From the NCBI GenBank assembly GCA_963705305.1, contig OY970067.1, positions 1,056,001-1,120,000 of the forward strand: a stretch of 64,000 nucleotides of DNA, written 5' to 3'. The notes beneath the pieces are model-generated. The model searched no databases, was not told the origin of the DNA, and saw only the letters and a program-made list of their open reading frames with translations. This document shows positions 19,971 through 30,610 of this stretch, in pieces. Position numbers and translations under genes: made by a program. The stretch comes from an uncultured Methylomirabilota bacterium. Lineage in GTDB: Bacteria; Methylomirabilota; Methylomirabilia; Methylomirabilales; 2-02-FULL-66-22. The first letter of the stretch is position 1. Each line of letters starts with the position of its first letter.

Positions 19971-19986
19971 AGCAACTTATATGCCG
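19971..19986 (-). promoter_or_regulatory. sigma54 -24/-12 promoter for the CbcL-like gene
   Basis: Minus strand reads CGGCAT-ATAAG-TTGCT, in an AT-rich upstream region containing TGT-N11-ACA at 20042-20058. Confidence 0.65.
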
Positions 19987-20301
19987 ACCCGGACTTGAAT
20001 CGTACAAGATATAAACGTTCCCCATAGTCTTATCCAGTCGATGTCGAATATTTCAACAGTTACCAATCTGTCTGGGGAGGCTTGTATGAATCGATCGTCT
20101 TCGATCTCCCCGATGTTGTGATGGAAATGTCTCACCCGGGTCTCCGCATGTGTTATTTCCCACTGGTCTTGATCGGAAAGATCGAGGATTTGCGGCCCGA
20201 AGTACCGCCGGAGAACCGAGACGATTCGAGGATCCCGAGGTCCATCTCGAACGCGCCGAGACGGACCTCGGGACGGCGTCAGGCCTCTCGGATGAAAGGC
20301 A

Positions 20302-20655
20302 TCAGCCCTTCTTGTGGCACTTCGCGCAATTGGCCGCCTCGGTCACCGCAAAGGCGGTTTTCCCATTATGGCACGCCCCGCAGGCTTGCCCTTTCTGCAT
20401 GTCGGCCATCTTGAAGGACGACCGCTGCCCCTTGTTCATCTTGAAGATCTTCGTGTGACAGGATGTGCACTTCAGGTCTTTTCCGAGGTGCGCTGCGTGG
20501 CTGAAGACGACTTTGCCCATCGCCCCGTCGGGAAACGCGAAATCCTCGGGGCCCTTGGCCTGCGCCGCCGCCTGATGAACCGCTACGGCCCCCAGGAACA
20601 TCGCCAGCATCAGCACAACAGCAAATGCGAGGAGCGACTTCCAGGTTACGCGCAT
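20302..20655 (-). CDS. Periplasmic triheme c7-type cytochrome
   Basis: Signal peptide, VVFSHAAH, CTSCH, CGACH, CAKCH. Confidence 0.9.
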   Translation of the reverse strand: MRVTWKSLLAFAVVLMLAMFLGAVAVHQAAAQAKGPEDFAFPDGAMGKVVFSHAAHLGKDLKCTSCHTKIFKMNKGQRSSFKMADMQKGQACGACHNGKTAFAVTEAANCAKCHKKG

Positions 20656-20724
20656 GTCTCTCACCTCCTTTCGTCGAGCATTTCTCGTCCTCATGGTGCC
20701 CGCCGGTGCGACACCGGCGAATGC

Positions 20725-22026
20725 TCACGCCACCCGCGAGCTCCCGGCGACTCCGGCCAGCGCCTCGCCCGCCGCCTGTGTGGTAGCCGCCAGATCCTCG
20801 GCGCTGTGGGCCAACGAGACGAACACCGACTCGAACTGGGACGGCGCCAAGCTCACCCCCCGCGCCAGCATCCCCCGGAAAAAGGCCCCATAGCGAACCG
20901 TGTCCGCCGTTTTGACCCCGGCAAAATCCGTCACGGGGCGGGAGGTGAAGAACGCCGTCAGCATGGAGCCGACCCGGTTGATATGGAGCGGAACCCGGAC
21001 GGCGGCAGCCGCTCGACCCAGGCCCTCTTCCAGCTGCCTGCCCTTCTCCTCCAGGGCGGCGTAGACCCCGGGCTGTCGAAGCTGGCTCAAGGTCTCGATC
21101 CCCGCCGCCATGGCCAGGGGATTCCCCGAGAGCGTTCCGGCCTGATAGATGGACCCTGAAGGCGCCACCTGCTCCATGATGTCCGCCCGTCCGCCGTACA
21201 CGCCAACCGGCAGGCCGCCACCCACGATCTTGCCCAGGCAGGTGAGGTCCGGCTGAACACCGTAGAGCTCCTGCGCCCCGCCCGGCGCAACCCGAAATCC
21301 GGTGATCACCTCGTCGAAGATCAGCAGGGCGCCGCAGCGGCGGGTCGCCGCGCGCAGCGCCTCCAGGAACCCCGGTGCCGGCGGTACGACCCCCATGTTC
21401 CCCGCCACCGGCTCGACAACGACGGCCGCGATGTCCCTGCCCCGTCCGGCCAGGACGGCCTCGACCGCCTGGGGATCATTGAATGGAAGCGTCAGCGTGT
21501 GCCGGGCCAGGTCCGCCGGGACTCCCGGGCTGTCGGGGACACCCAGGGTCAGCGCGCCGGATCCGGCCTTGACCAGCATGCTGTCCGCGTGGCCGTGGTA
21601 GCACCCCTCGAACTTGACGATCACGTCCCGCCGCACAAACCCGCGGGCGACCCGGAGCGCGCTCATGCAGGCTTCCGTCCCGGAGCTGACGAACCGCATC
21701 CGCTCCATGCTGGGGAAGGCGGCCTGGACGAGCTGGGCGAGCCGGGTCTCCATCTCGGTGGGGGCACCGTAGCTGGTCCCGGCCTCAGCGGCCTTCTGAA
21801 TGGCGGCCACCACCCGTGGGTGCGCGTGGCCGAGGATCATGGGGCCCCAGGACCCCACGTAGTCGATGTAGACCTGACCGTCGACATCGGTGATCCGGCT
21901 GCCCTTGGCGGACGCGACGAAAAACGGATCGCATCCCACGGCCCGGAAGGCGCGTACCGGACTGTTGACCCCCCCGGGGAAGATCCGGGAGGCTTCTTGG
22001 AACAGCTGACGCGAGCGATCTCCCAT
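20725..22026 (-). CDS. hemL: Glutamate-1-semialdehyde 2,1-aminomutase
   Basis: [36 protein letters not shown]. Confidence 0.97.
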   Translation of the reverse strand: MGDRSRQLFQEASRIFPGGVNSPVRAFRAVGCDPFFVASAKGSRITDVDGQVYIDYVGSWGPMILGHAHPRVVAAIQKAAEAGTSYGAPTEMETRLAQLVQAAFPSMERMRFVSSGTEACMSALRVARGFVRRDVIVKFEGCYHGHADSMLVKAGSGALTLGVPDSPGVPADLARHTLTLPFNDPQAVEAVLAGRGRDIAAVVVEPVAGNMGVVPPAPGFLEALRAATRRCGALLIFDEVITGFRVAPGGAQELYGVQPDLTCLGKIVGGGLPVGVYGGRADIMEQVAPSGSIYQAGTLSGNPLAMAAGIETLSQLRQPGVYAALEEKGRQLEEGLGRAAAAVRVPLHINRVGSMLTAFFTSRPVTDFAGVKTADTVRYGAFFRGMLARGVSLAPSQFESVFVSLAHSAEDLAATTQAAGEALAGVAGSSRVA

Positions 22027-22071
22027 GCAGAATCCCCCTCCCCTGCGGTGGGCTGACCGGTGGGCGGCCGT

Positions 22072-22101
22072 ATTAAATGCGACCACGCACCGTCTTGTCA
22101 A
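22072..22101 (-). promoter_or_regulatory. sigma70-type promoter for hemL
   Basis: Minus strand TTGACA-N18-TTTAAT. Confidence 0.5.
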
Positions 22102-22299
22102 GCGGAGCGAACCCTTCCGCCGCGGAAGCGCACAAGTTCCGAGACGCACCCAGGTCTGGAGGGAGGTGGGCAGGCGGAGACACCGCATGCGGAGCGGGAG
22201 GCGGGAGGCCCGCCGTGGGGGGCCGCGGCGGGGATCGGGCACTGCGACACGCGTGCCGCCGGATCGGAGGAGCCGGCTGTTTGGCGTTGGAGCGGCGCC

Positions 22300-23283
22300 T
22301 CAGCGGCCCTGCTCGCGAAGGATGCGGGCGGCTTCGCGGGCAAAGTAGCTGATGATGATATCCGCTCCGGCCCGCCGGATCGCCGTGAGCATCTCCAGCA
22401 TGGCGCGCTCCTCGTCCAGCCAGCCGAGCCGGGCGGCGGCCTTCACCATGGCGAACTCCCCGCTAACGTTGTAGGCAGCCACGGGGACCCCGAACTCGCT
22501 CTTGACGCGCCAGAGGATGTCGAGGTAGGGAAGGGCCGGCTTGATCATCACCATGTCCGCCCCTTCATCCAGGTCCAGTCCCACCTCGCGCATCGCCTCT
22601 TCGGCGTTGGCCGGATCCATCTGATACGACCGGCGGTCGCCGAACTGCGGGGCCGACTCCGCCGCCTCGCGGAACGGCCCGTAGAAGCTGCTGGCGTACT
22701 TGGCGGCATAGGCCAGGATCGGCGTCTCCTCGTACCCGCTCTCGTCCAGCGCCTCGCGGATGGCGGCAACCCGACCGTCCATCATGTCCGAGGGCGCTAC
22801 CACGTCCGCGCCCGCCTCCGCATGCGACAGGGCGGTCCGGGCCAAGAGCTCCACGGTCGGATCGTTCTTGACCCGACCCCGCTCCACAATGCCGCAGTGC
22901 CCGTGGCTGGTGTACTCGCACAGGCAGACATCCGTGATGACCACGAGGTCCGAGACCGAGTCCTTGATGGCGCGGACCGCCCGCTGGACGATGCCGTCCG
23001 GCGCGTAGGCCTCCGTCCCCGCGGCGTCCTTGGCGGCCGGCAGCCCGAAGAGCAGGACCGCCGGGATCCCCAGGGCCGCCGTCTCCTTCACCTCCCGCAC
23101 CAGCTCGTCCACGGACAGCTGGAAATTCCCCGGCATGGACCCGATCTCGCGGCGCACCCCCTGGCCGTGCACCACGAAGAATGGCATGACGAGGGAATCG
23201 ACGGAGAGCCGCGTCTCACGGACCATGCGGCGGAGGGTCTCACTCGCCCGCAGCCGCCGCGGCCGAAAATAGGGGTAATGCAT
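22300..23283 (-). CDS. hemB: Porphobilinogen synthase
   Basis: [36 protein letters not shown]. Confidence 0.97.
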   Translation of the reverse strand: MHYPYFRPRRLRASETLRRMVRETRLSVDSLVMPFFVVHGQGVRREIGSMPGNFQLSVDELVREVKETAALGIPAVLLFGLPAAKDAAGTEAYAPDGIVQRAVRAIKDSVSDLVVITDVCLCEYTSHGHCGIVERGRVKNDPTVELLARTALSHAEAGADVVAPSDMMDGRVAAIREALDESGYEETPILAYAAKYASSFYGPFREAAESAPQFGDRRSYQMDPANAEEAMREVGLDLDEGADMVMIKPALPYLDILWRVKSEFGVPVAAYNVSGEFAMVKAAARLGWLDEERAMLEMLTAIRRAGADIIISYFAREAARILREQGR

Positions 23284-23306
23284 GCTCCGCTCCGTTCCTC
23301 CCGCTG

Positions 23307-24470
23307 TCAGAATGCCGGCGGGATGCGTCCCGGGTGGGCCGCCAGATCAGTCCGGCCCTCGTGCGCGACCGCCTGGGCCAGGATCTCGTCCACGCTGGCG
23401 AGCTCCCGCGAGGCCCGGGGATTGGGCTGGTAGGTGCAGAACGGCTCCTCGTCCAGGTAGTTGCCTGTCGCCCCCAGGGCGCGCGCCCGGCAGCCGCCGC
23501 ACAGGACCCGATACTCGCAGATGCCGCAGCGCCCCTGGAGGAGGTTGGGGTCCCGGATGCTCTTGAACAGGGGCGAATCCCGGTAGATCTCGACCAGGGA
23601 GGTCTCCCGGACATTCCCCGCCAGGAGGGGCAGGTAGCCGCAGCCGCCCACCTCGCCGATATGAGAGACAAAACAGAAGCCGAAGCCGGCCATGCACCCG
23701 CGGCTGAATCCGTGGGCCGCGTGCGGCCGCGCCGCCGCGCCCGGGACACGTCCGCGGCGACGCTCTTGCACCTGGATGCGCTTGTAATGCGGCGCGCAGG
23801 TCATCTTGACCTGAATGGGCGCGGTCAGGGAGGCCTCGTACACAAAGTGCAGGGTCCGCTCGTACTCCTCAGGGGTGATCTCCATCTGGATGCGGCCCCG
23901 GCCCGTAGGAACCAACATGAAGACATCCCAGGTCACGGCCCCCAGCTCCGCCGCCAGCCGCAGCAGGCTGGGAAGGTCGTCGAGATTGTGGCGGGTCACT
24001 GTGGTGTTGATCTGGAACGGAAGTCCGCCTTCCCGGGCATATGCCAGGGATCGCGTCGCCTCCGCAAAGGCGCCCGGCACGCGGCGAAAGCTGTCGTGAA
24101 CCTCCGGCGTGCTGCCGTCCAGGCTCACGGAGATGCGCTGGATGCCCGCCTGTTTCAGGCGCCTCACGCTGCCCGGCGTCACCTGCGTCCCGCTGGGCGA
24201 CATCACGACCCGGAGGCCCGCCCCCCTGGCGCGCTCCGCCACGGCGCAGATGTCTTCCCGCTTCATGGGGTCGCCGCCCGTGAGGATGAGAATCACCGGC
24301 TCCTGGAAGGCGGCGATGTCGTCCACCAGCCGAAAGGCTTCCTCCGTGCTGAGCTGACGTGGGTCAGCGTACGGCTGGGCCACGGCGCGACAGTGCAGGC
24401 AGGCTAGGTCGCACGCCCGGGTGACCTCCCAGGCCACGAGGCGGGGTGCCCGGGCGAAATCCCCTGGCAT
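23307..24470 (-). CDS. ahbD: Radical SAM/SPASM heme b synthase, AhbD/NirJ2-like
   Basis: [42 protein letters not shown]; adjacent to hemB. Confidence 0.8.
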   Translation of the reverse strand: MPGDFARAPRLVAWEVTRACDLACLHCRAVAQPYADPRQLSTEEAFRLVDDIAAFQEPVILILTGGDPMKREDICAVAERARGAGLRVVMSPSGTQVTPGSVRRLKQAGIQRISVSLDGSTPEVHDSFRRVPGAFAEATRSLAYAREGGLPFQINTTVTRHNLDDLPSLLRLAAELGAVTWDVFMLVPTGRGRIQMEITPEEYERTLHFVYEASLTAPIQVKMTCAPHYKRIQVQERRRGRVPGAAARPHAAHGFSRGCMAGFGFCFVSHIGEVGGCGYLPLLAGNVRETSLVEIYRDSPLFKSIRDPNLLQGRCGICEYRVLCGGCRARALGATGNYLDEEPFCTYQPNPRASRELASVDEILAQAVAHEGRTDLAAHPGRIPPAF

Positions 24471-24588
24471 AGATCGGTTCCCTCCCCGATTGGATGAAGT
24501 GATGCACATTGTAAACAGGGCCGTCCCGGTCGGTCAACTCCTATCTCATCATGGTGCCAACGATGAGACCGTTGGGGCGGCCGAGGCC

Positions 24589-26790
24589 TCACCGCTCCCC
24601 GGGTTTGGCGGGAGCGTTTTGGGTGGGAATTTTGAGGTCGAATGTGACCTCGACATCGCTCTGGGGACTCTGGCCGGGCCCCTGAATCCGGTACATGTAC
24701 CGGAGGGCTACCTCCCAGCAGCAACTGCTGTAGATGAGCCTCACCGTGTTCTCATGGAATGTGCTGCTGTGAACATCATAGCGGCTCAGCAGCTCCATCC
24801 GGATGGTCTCGGTTGCCTGGAGGCTGAGCTTGGTCACGACCCCGCTTATTTCCTGGTCGCGGATGTAGCTCTGGCCCATGTCCAGTGTCAGCCGATCCCC
24901 CATGGCCAGTCGCAGGCCGGAGTTGATCGCGTCGGTGTGGGCCGTGCTGGTGTTGAGGGCTGCCGTCCCGTACAGGGTCAGATGGGAAAGCGGACTCAGG
25001 GTGCCGTCGAAGACGAGGTCCGACAGCGTCCGCTCGCGGGCCTGGCTGAAGCCGTTGCCCAGCGATTGCACATCGGTCACCGCCTGGTCCACGCGCTCCG
25101 GCGTCAGGCCGGCGAGATAGGCGTCGGAAAACTCTCGCGTGCGGGGCTGGAGGTTCCAGCTCTGCCGCACGGCCAGCGTGGCGACTTCGCGGGTTCGGAT
25201 CTCCCCGTCGGCCCCCTGATAGCGCGCCACCAGCCGGTTCATCACCTGGTAGATCAGGCGATTCTGCGGGCTGATGAAGTCGATGCCGTCGAACTGCGGA
25301 AGAGCCTGCTGGTCGACCGAGGGGACATACTGGTACACAAGGCTGGGCTCGACGATGTGGGTCAGGCGCAGGAGCCCCCAGCCCGGGGCATCGAATCGGC
25401 GCCCAAACCGCGTGCTGACCTGCTCCCCCAGGTCGACCAGGAACCGATTGCGGTCCCCACCCGGCTGCACCGCATCCGTATAGACCGTATCGCGGAGCCG
25501 CAGGCTGCTCGCGGTGTTCAACCACGGGGTCAAGGCCAGCGGCAAATAGGCGCTCGGGTGGAAATCGAGCCGCCCCGCACTCTCCTGCTGGCTCGCCTGC
25601 AGGTACACGGCCGAGCTTTCTGCCTCCACCACCACCGGGAGGTGGGGCACCGCCTGAGGAAGCCACCGGAAACGAACCTCGGGCAACCGGGACAGTCGGG
25701 TGTCCGAGGTCTCGGACAGGTCTTCCGAGGTTTCGAGGTTCCCCAGCAGCATGAACCGCTCGGTCATGTCCGTGAGAAACGTCTGAGAGGACAAAGTGCG
25801 GGCGGACCGATCCGCCAGGCTGGCGTTGGTGAGGTTGCGATTCATGGCGGTATCGTTCAGATAGTGGTCGTTCGCCTTGAAGGTCCAGGTGGGATCCAAG
25901 ACCTGATCGTGCACCCAGTTCAGCTGGATCTCGTCCGACCGCGAGCCCGCGGCGGTGTCGTGCAGGTAGATCCCTGACAGCTCGCCGTGGGATTCCTCGG
26001 ACAGGACGTACCGATAGTCTGAGTCGATTTCGAATCCCTGTTTGGTCCGATACGTTGGGGTGATGGTCAGGTCCTGCGAGCGGGAGATCGCCCAAAAGAA
26101 CGGCAGGGTGAGGCGGAAGCCGTCGCTGCTCCCGTAGCCGACCCGGGGAATCAGGAATCCCGTCCGGCGCGGCCCGATGGGAAGGGCAAGGTAGGGAGAG
26201 TAGAGCGCCGGGAACCCCTTGACCCAGAAGGATGTGTCCTGCGAGACCATGTAGTTGTCTTGATAATAGATCGTGGCGTCCCGCGCCCGGAACTCAAAAT
26301 CCGGAATCTGGGGGGCGGGCTGGCAGACGCGACAGGGGGTGAACCGTCCGTCCCGGACCTCGTACTGCCCTTCGCCTTCGCGGCGAATCTCCGACCCACT
26401 GAAACTGAGTGCGGGGGGCAGGAGCCCTTCGCCGTGGGTGACGACGCCCACGTTCGTCCCGTAGTTGTACTCGATGCGGTCTCCTTCCAGCCGATTCGGA
26501 CCGTCGATCAGGACCGCGTGTCCCACGGCCTCCAGAGTCTTATCGTCCAGGTTCAGCCTGACCTCATCGGCAAACAGCGACCGGCCGCCCGTCACCACGC
26601 GGACTTCGCCCCTGGCGACCAGCTGCCGTCCGTTGGCGGAGTAGTCCAGGCTCTGGGCGTTCACCTCCACCGCCTCGCGCTGGCGCTGGAGATTCTCCAG
26701 ATCCCCGGTGAGATCCGCCTGGGCATGGCCGGATATGGATAGGCACAGGAACAGAAGCCACGCGGCGATGGCGGCAGGATAGCGACGCAT
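24589..26790 (-). CDS. lptD: LPS assembly outer-membrane protein LptD
   Basis: OstA-like N-terminus, FTPC, RRTGFLIP, beta-barrel region, C-terminal CCW. Confidence 0.85.
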   Translation of the reverse strand: MRRYPAAIAAWLLFLCLSISGHAQADLTGDLENLQRQREAVEVNAQSLDYSANGRQLVARGEVRVVTGGRSLFADEVRLNLDDKTLEAVGHAVLIDGPNRLEGDRIEYNYGTNVGVVTHGEGLLPPALSFSGSEIRREGEGQYEVRDGRFTPCRVCQPAPQIPDFEFRARDATIYYQDNYMVSQDTSFWVKGFPALYSPYLALPIGPRRTGFLIPRVGYGSSDGFRLTLPFFWAISRSQDLTITPTYRTKQGFEIDSDYRYVLSEESHGELSGIYLHDTAAGSRSDEIQLNWVHDQVLDPTWTFKANDHYLNDTAMNRNLTNASLADRSARTLSSQTFLTDMTERFMLLGNLETSEDLSETSDTRLSRLPEVRFRWLPQAVPHLPVVVEAESSAVYLQASQQESAGRLDFHPSAYLPLALTPWLNTASSLRLRDTVYTDAVQPGGDRNRFLVDLGEQVSTRFGRRFDAPGWGLLRLTHIVEPSLVYQYVPSVDQQALPQFDGIDFISPQNRLIYQVMNRLVARYQGADGEIRTREVATLAVRQSWNLQPRTREFSDAYLAGLTPERVDQAVTDVQSLGNGFSQARERTLSDLVFDGTLSPLSHLTLYGTAALNTSTAHTDAINSGLRLAMGDRLTLDMGQSYIRDQEISGVVTKLSLQATETIRMELLSRYDVHSSTFHENTVRLIYSSCCWEVALRYMYRIQGPGQSPQSDVEVTFDLKIPTQNAPAKPGER

Positions 26791-26929
26791 TCGAGCTCCC
26801 AGGGGAGCGTTGGGATGGATGGAAGAAACCGACCTCGCTTATATCAGAGGGCGCAGGGCCAGGCAAGCAAAAGAACGAACGAGGCGGGGCCGACGAGCCA
26901 GTGCCGGGGGCAGGCAGGATGCCGTCCGA

Positions 26930-29383
26930 CTAGATCAGCGCCGATTCCAGGACGATCCCCCGGTCCAGCATCTTGACGGCTTGCCGGAGCGACGTCTGGA
27001 GGCCGGCCGGCAGCTCGGGGCTATCGATCAGCTGCCGGCACAGGTCGATCAGCCGGCGGAAGGCCCGGATGAGATCCCCCTCGTGGCCGCCGAAGGTGTT
27101 CCGGATGAGCAGCATCCAATCGTCCTCGCCGGCCGCCCATTCGTAGGCCGCCGCCAGGAAAGTCGTGTGCATCGAGACCGGCCGGAAGACTCCCACGCGC
27201 TGCTGGACTCGCTCCACGTCCCCGGCCAGGCTCTCCAGCGCTTGGAGGCGGCGCTTGAGGTGCGGCAGCCGCTTGAGGAGCCGACGGGCGTAGAGCGTCT
27301 CCGTCTCACGCGGCTCTTCGACCACACACGAGAGGAGCGCCACGGCCTCGGACGGCGGCAGCCCCTCCAAGAGGCCCGAGAAGGCGACCCGGGCGACGAG
27401 CAGCTCGTTGTCATGACGCAAGGAGGCGATGAGGCGGCCCATGGGCTCCAGGGTGGCGTTCGCCAGGCACCCGTAATGTCGCAGCACCTCGACCACGCGC
27501 AGGCACTGTTCCCAGTAGGATTCCTTCAGGGTTCGCAGCGTCCGCTCCTGCCCCTCGATGACCTGCCGGATCCGATCGGAGCGCTTGAGCTGCCGCTCGC
27601 GGTTGGTCCGCTGGGGGCACCGATGGCACGGAATCTGCGAGAGCTCCAGCGCCAACGCCTCCAGCCGCTGCCGCGCATCGTGCAGGCTCTCCGACCAGGG
27701 CGAGGCGCCGTCAGGTCCTCCGCTCCGCCTGCGACCGCTCCGCCTGCCGCCGAGACCCAGCCGCCGGACCCGCTCCCGCTCCTCCTCGAGGAACGCCCGC
27801 TTCTCCCGGTACGCCAGGAGGTCCGTGAGCGGACAGCAGGGAGACGCGATCCCTTCCGCCCCGGCCAGCCGCTGTAGCAGGTCCGCGCGCTCCTGCTCCA
27901 GCCGCCGGATCTCCCGCCGGTTCTGGAACTGGCCGAAGCTCGACTCGATGACGCGACGGACGGCGGGCGGCTCGCGATAGAGGTCCACCAGCAGGGCCGC
28001 CGAGCTGTAGCTGACCCGGAACCGACTGCGCACCGGCTCCGGCTCGCCGGCCAGGAGTTGGCGCACTTCGGCTTCGGCCTCCGGCGCGTCCAACGCCAGG
28101 ACGCACATGCCTTCCGGGTCGATGCCGCGGCGGCCCGCCCGACCCGCCATCTGGGTCAGCTCGTTCAAGGTGAGCTGCCGAAAGCCGCTCTCGCTTCGCT
28201 TGCGGACCCCCTGGATGACCACGCTCTTGGCCGGCATGTGGATTCCCAGGCTCATGGTCTCGGTGGCGAAGACGACCCGGACCAGACCGCGCTCGAACAG
28301 CACCTCGGTCAGCCGCTTGAGCGCCGGGAGGATGCCGGCGTGGTGGAGGCCGGCCCCCCGCCGCAGCCCGTCCAGCAGCAGGCTGTTCACCTCGGTCTCC
28401 GGGATGATGCTGGGGTAGTCTCGCAGGGTGTTGGCGACGGCCTCGTCCACCTCGGCGCGCCGCTCGGGCGGCAAGAGCGACCCGCCCTCCTCCAGGAACC
28501 GGCGGAGCGCCCGCTCGCACCCCGACCGGCTGAAGATGAAATAGATCGCCGGAAGCCAGCGGCGCTCCTGAAGCTGGGGAATGATCCGATTGGGACTCGC
28601 GGGCCGCCGCCGATCCCGATGGAGCGCCCCTCGGTCCCCGCCGCGATCCCGCTCCCAGCGACCGCGGACGCGCGGCGGCCGCGGGGAGGGGTGGGGGCGC
28701 GGGGGCGCCTCCACCGGGAGGATCTCCCCGTCCGGGAAGCACAGCAGCTGGTGCAGGGGAACCGGCCGAACGGGATGGAAGATCGGCTGGACGGGACGGT
28801 GGACCTGGCTGATCCATTCTGCGATCTCGTGGAGGTTGTTCACGGTGGCCGACAGCGCCACCAGCTGGACGGTCTTGGGGCAATTGATGACGATCTCCTC
28901 CCAGACCGTCCCCCGGCCCTCGTCACCCAGATAGTGGCATTCGTCCAGCACCGCCGTCGCGAGATCCAGGGGCTTCTGGAGAAACAGGAGATTGCGCAGA
29001 ATCTCCGTGGTCATGATGAGGATGGGCGCCCGCGGGTTGACTTTGACGTCCCCCGTGAGGATCCCTACCAGGTCGGACCCGTACTGGCGGACGAAATCGG
29101 CAAACTTCTGGTTGCTGAGCGCCTTCAGGGGAGTCGTATAGACGACCTGTCGCTGGGCGGCCAGCGCTCGGTAAATGGCGAACTCGGCAATCAACGTCTT
29201 CCCGGCGCCCGTCGGGGCTGAGACGAGGACCGATTCGCCCCGCAGGATCCAGCGGATGGCGTCTTCCTGGAATGGGTCGAGGGGGAATGGGTAGCGCCGG
29301 CGGAAAGCGTCCAGGAGGGCCCGACTCTCCGGGCTGAGCTCTCTCGAATCCTCCGCGGGAGGGGTTTCCGAATTCACGGCCAA
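26930..29383 (-). CDS. helY: Ski2/HelY-type DEAD/DEAH RNA helicase
   Basis: APTGAGKT, PLKALSNQK, DECH, LSAT, QMAGRAGRRG, DSHCT-like C-terminus (EGDLIR). Confidence 0.88.
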   Translation of the reverse strand: MAVNSETPPAEDSRELSPESRALLDAFRRRYPFPLDPFQEDAIRWILRGESVLVSAPTGAGKTLIAEFAIYRALAAQRQVVYTTPLKALSNQKFADFVRQYGSDLVGILTGDVKVNPRAPILIMTTEILRNLLFLQKPLDLATAVLDECHYLGDEGRGTVWEEIVINCPKTVQLVALSATVNNLHEIAEWISQVHRPVQPIFHPVRPVPLHQLLCFPDGEILPVEAPPRPHPSPRPPRVRGRWERDRGGDRGALHRDRRRPASPNRIIPQLQERRWLPAIYFIFSRSGCERALRRFLEEGGSLLPPERRAEVDEAVANTLRDYPSIIPETEVNSLLLDGLRRGAGLHHAGILPALKRLTEVLFERGLVRVVFATETMSLGIHMPAKSVVIQGVRKRSESGFRQLTLNELTQMAGRAGRRGIDPEGMCVLALDAPEAEAEVRQLLAGEPEPVRSRFRVSYSSAALLVDLYREPPAVRRVIESSFGQFQNRREIRRLEQERADLLQRLAGAEGIASPCCPLTDLLAYREKRAFLEEERERVRRLGLGGRRSGRRRSGGPDGASPWSESLHDARQRLEALALELSQIPCHRCPQRTNRERQLKRSDRIRQVIEGQERTLRTLKESYWEQCLRVVEVLRHYGCLANATLEPMGRLIASLRHDNELLVARVAFSGLLEGLPPSEAVALLSCVVEEPRETETLYARRLLKRLPHLKRRLQALESLAGDVERVQQRVGVFRPVSMHTTFLAAAYEWAAGEDDWMLLIRNTFGGHEGDLIRAFRRLIDLCRQLIDSPELPAGLQTSLRQAVKMLDRGIVLESALI

Positions 29384-29475
29384 AGCACCCCCCTCTCAGC
29401 GCGGCCGGTTCGGCGGTCGGGGGATCTGCCGCGCGGCAGGAGGCCAGGGGAATTCCCGGGCCGGCGGCGCGGGGC

Positions 29476-30090
29476 TCACTCGGCTGGAAGGTGATGGCGT
29501 CTTCGGAACTCCCAGGGGGGCTCCGGGCTGGGCTGGGCCCAGAGGCCGTACTTGCCCACTTGGGCCTGACGTTCGGCCACCTCCAGCTCGACACGAACCC
29601 TGATCTCCTTCAGCCCCGGGCTCACCCACGCCAGGCCCTCCTTGACCAAGAGGAGATTGACATTGAGGTCTCCCAGCCACACGACTGCCAGGATGTGTCC
29701 GCGCCGATCCTTGCCGTAGGTGTCCATCTGGACCTGCTTGTCCTTCAGCAGGTCATGAAGATATCTTGCCGCTTGCATGCCATAGGGCTGCCCGGGTATC
29801 GCAGACCCCCGGTCGTGCGGGAGGCGTGATTCCTCGGGCGCCTCGATTCCCAGCAGCTTAATGTGGAGCGCCGTTCCGTTCTGGGTCACCACCACCAGCT
29901 CCGCTGTGCCCAGAACGGACACCACCGTTCCCCACGGCCGATGATCGCTCGAAAATTCTCCCATCAGTCCCTGGGTCGTCAGCGTGGCCGGAGCCGCCTC
30001 GGTCCACACCAGGAGGCCCAGCAGCACCCCAAGGCCCCGAATCCCCCAGCGGCCCAGCCAAACCCCCACGGCTCCTCCCTGGTCGAACAT
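29476..30090 (-). CDS. Exported thermonuclease (SNase)-fold protein with degenerate active site
   Basis: LLGIEAPE, NLLLVKEGLAWV, GLWAQPSPEPPWEFRR; DGDT motif absent. Confidence 0.8.
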   Translation of the reverse strand: MFDQGGAVGVWLGRWGIRGLGVLLGLLVWTEAAPATLTTQGLMGEFSSDHRPWGTVVSVLGTAELVVVTQNGTALHIKLLGIEAPEESRLPHDRGSAIPGQPYGMQAARYLHDLLKDKQVQMDTYGKDRRGHILAVVWLGDLNVNLLLVKEGLAWVSPGLKEIRVRVELEVAERQAQVGKYGLWAQPSPEPPWEFRRRHHLPAE

Positions 30091-30170
30091 CCTCTCGGCC
30101 GCGGCGGATCGCCCCGCCGCGTCCGCGCCGTCCCTTTGTCCCGGACCGCTGCGCGCCCTCGCGACGACGA

Positions 30171-30410
30171 CTACTCAGATCCGTGTGGCCGGATGGCCAG
30201 GACCTGGGTGGTATTGATGGCCAGGAACTCCCGCGGCGTCCCGCTCGGATCCATCACACCCGTCATGGCGATCATGTCAGGTTTGGTATTGAGGTAATCC
30301 ACCAACCGGCCACCGGCAGGCAGGGTCACCTTGCCTCGGTACCACCCCTGGATGGTGAGGACCTCCACGACCATCTCCTGCCGTTGTGCCATTCCGGCCC
30401 CCTGCCCCAC
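30171..30410 (-). CDS. Small conserved hypothetical protein (DUF6812-like)
   Basis: YRGKVTLP..GRLVDYLN...FLAIN pattern; start may be 30392. Confidence 0.6.
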   Translation of the reverse strand: MGQGAGMAQRQEMVVEVLTIQGWYRGKVTLPAGGRLVDYLNTKPDMIAMTGVMDPSGTPREFLAINTTQVLAIRPHGSE

Positions 30411-30610
30411 GGTCTCGTGTGGGTCGACCTGTTGCCCGGTCCGCCGGCTCCCCTGTCCGGCTGCCAGCGCCCTTTGGGCCCTGGTGAAGGCTAACGAATG
30501 CTCGGGGGACTGTCAACCGCGAAGGCGGATTTGCGCCGGGACGCCGCGGGCGAGCAGGGCCTGCCGCGTGTCTCCGCCGGATCCGGGAGGCCTGGACGCT
30601 CCGGAGGGGG

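Noticed and set aside
26930..30090. Helicase plus nuclease as an anti-phage system
   Set aside because: The helicase is a housekeeping HelY type and the nuclease is exported and degenerate; no defence-island context
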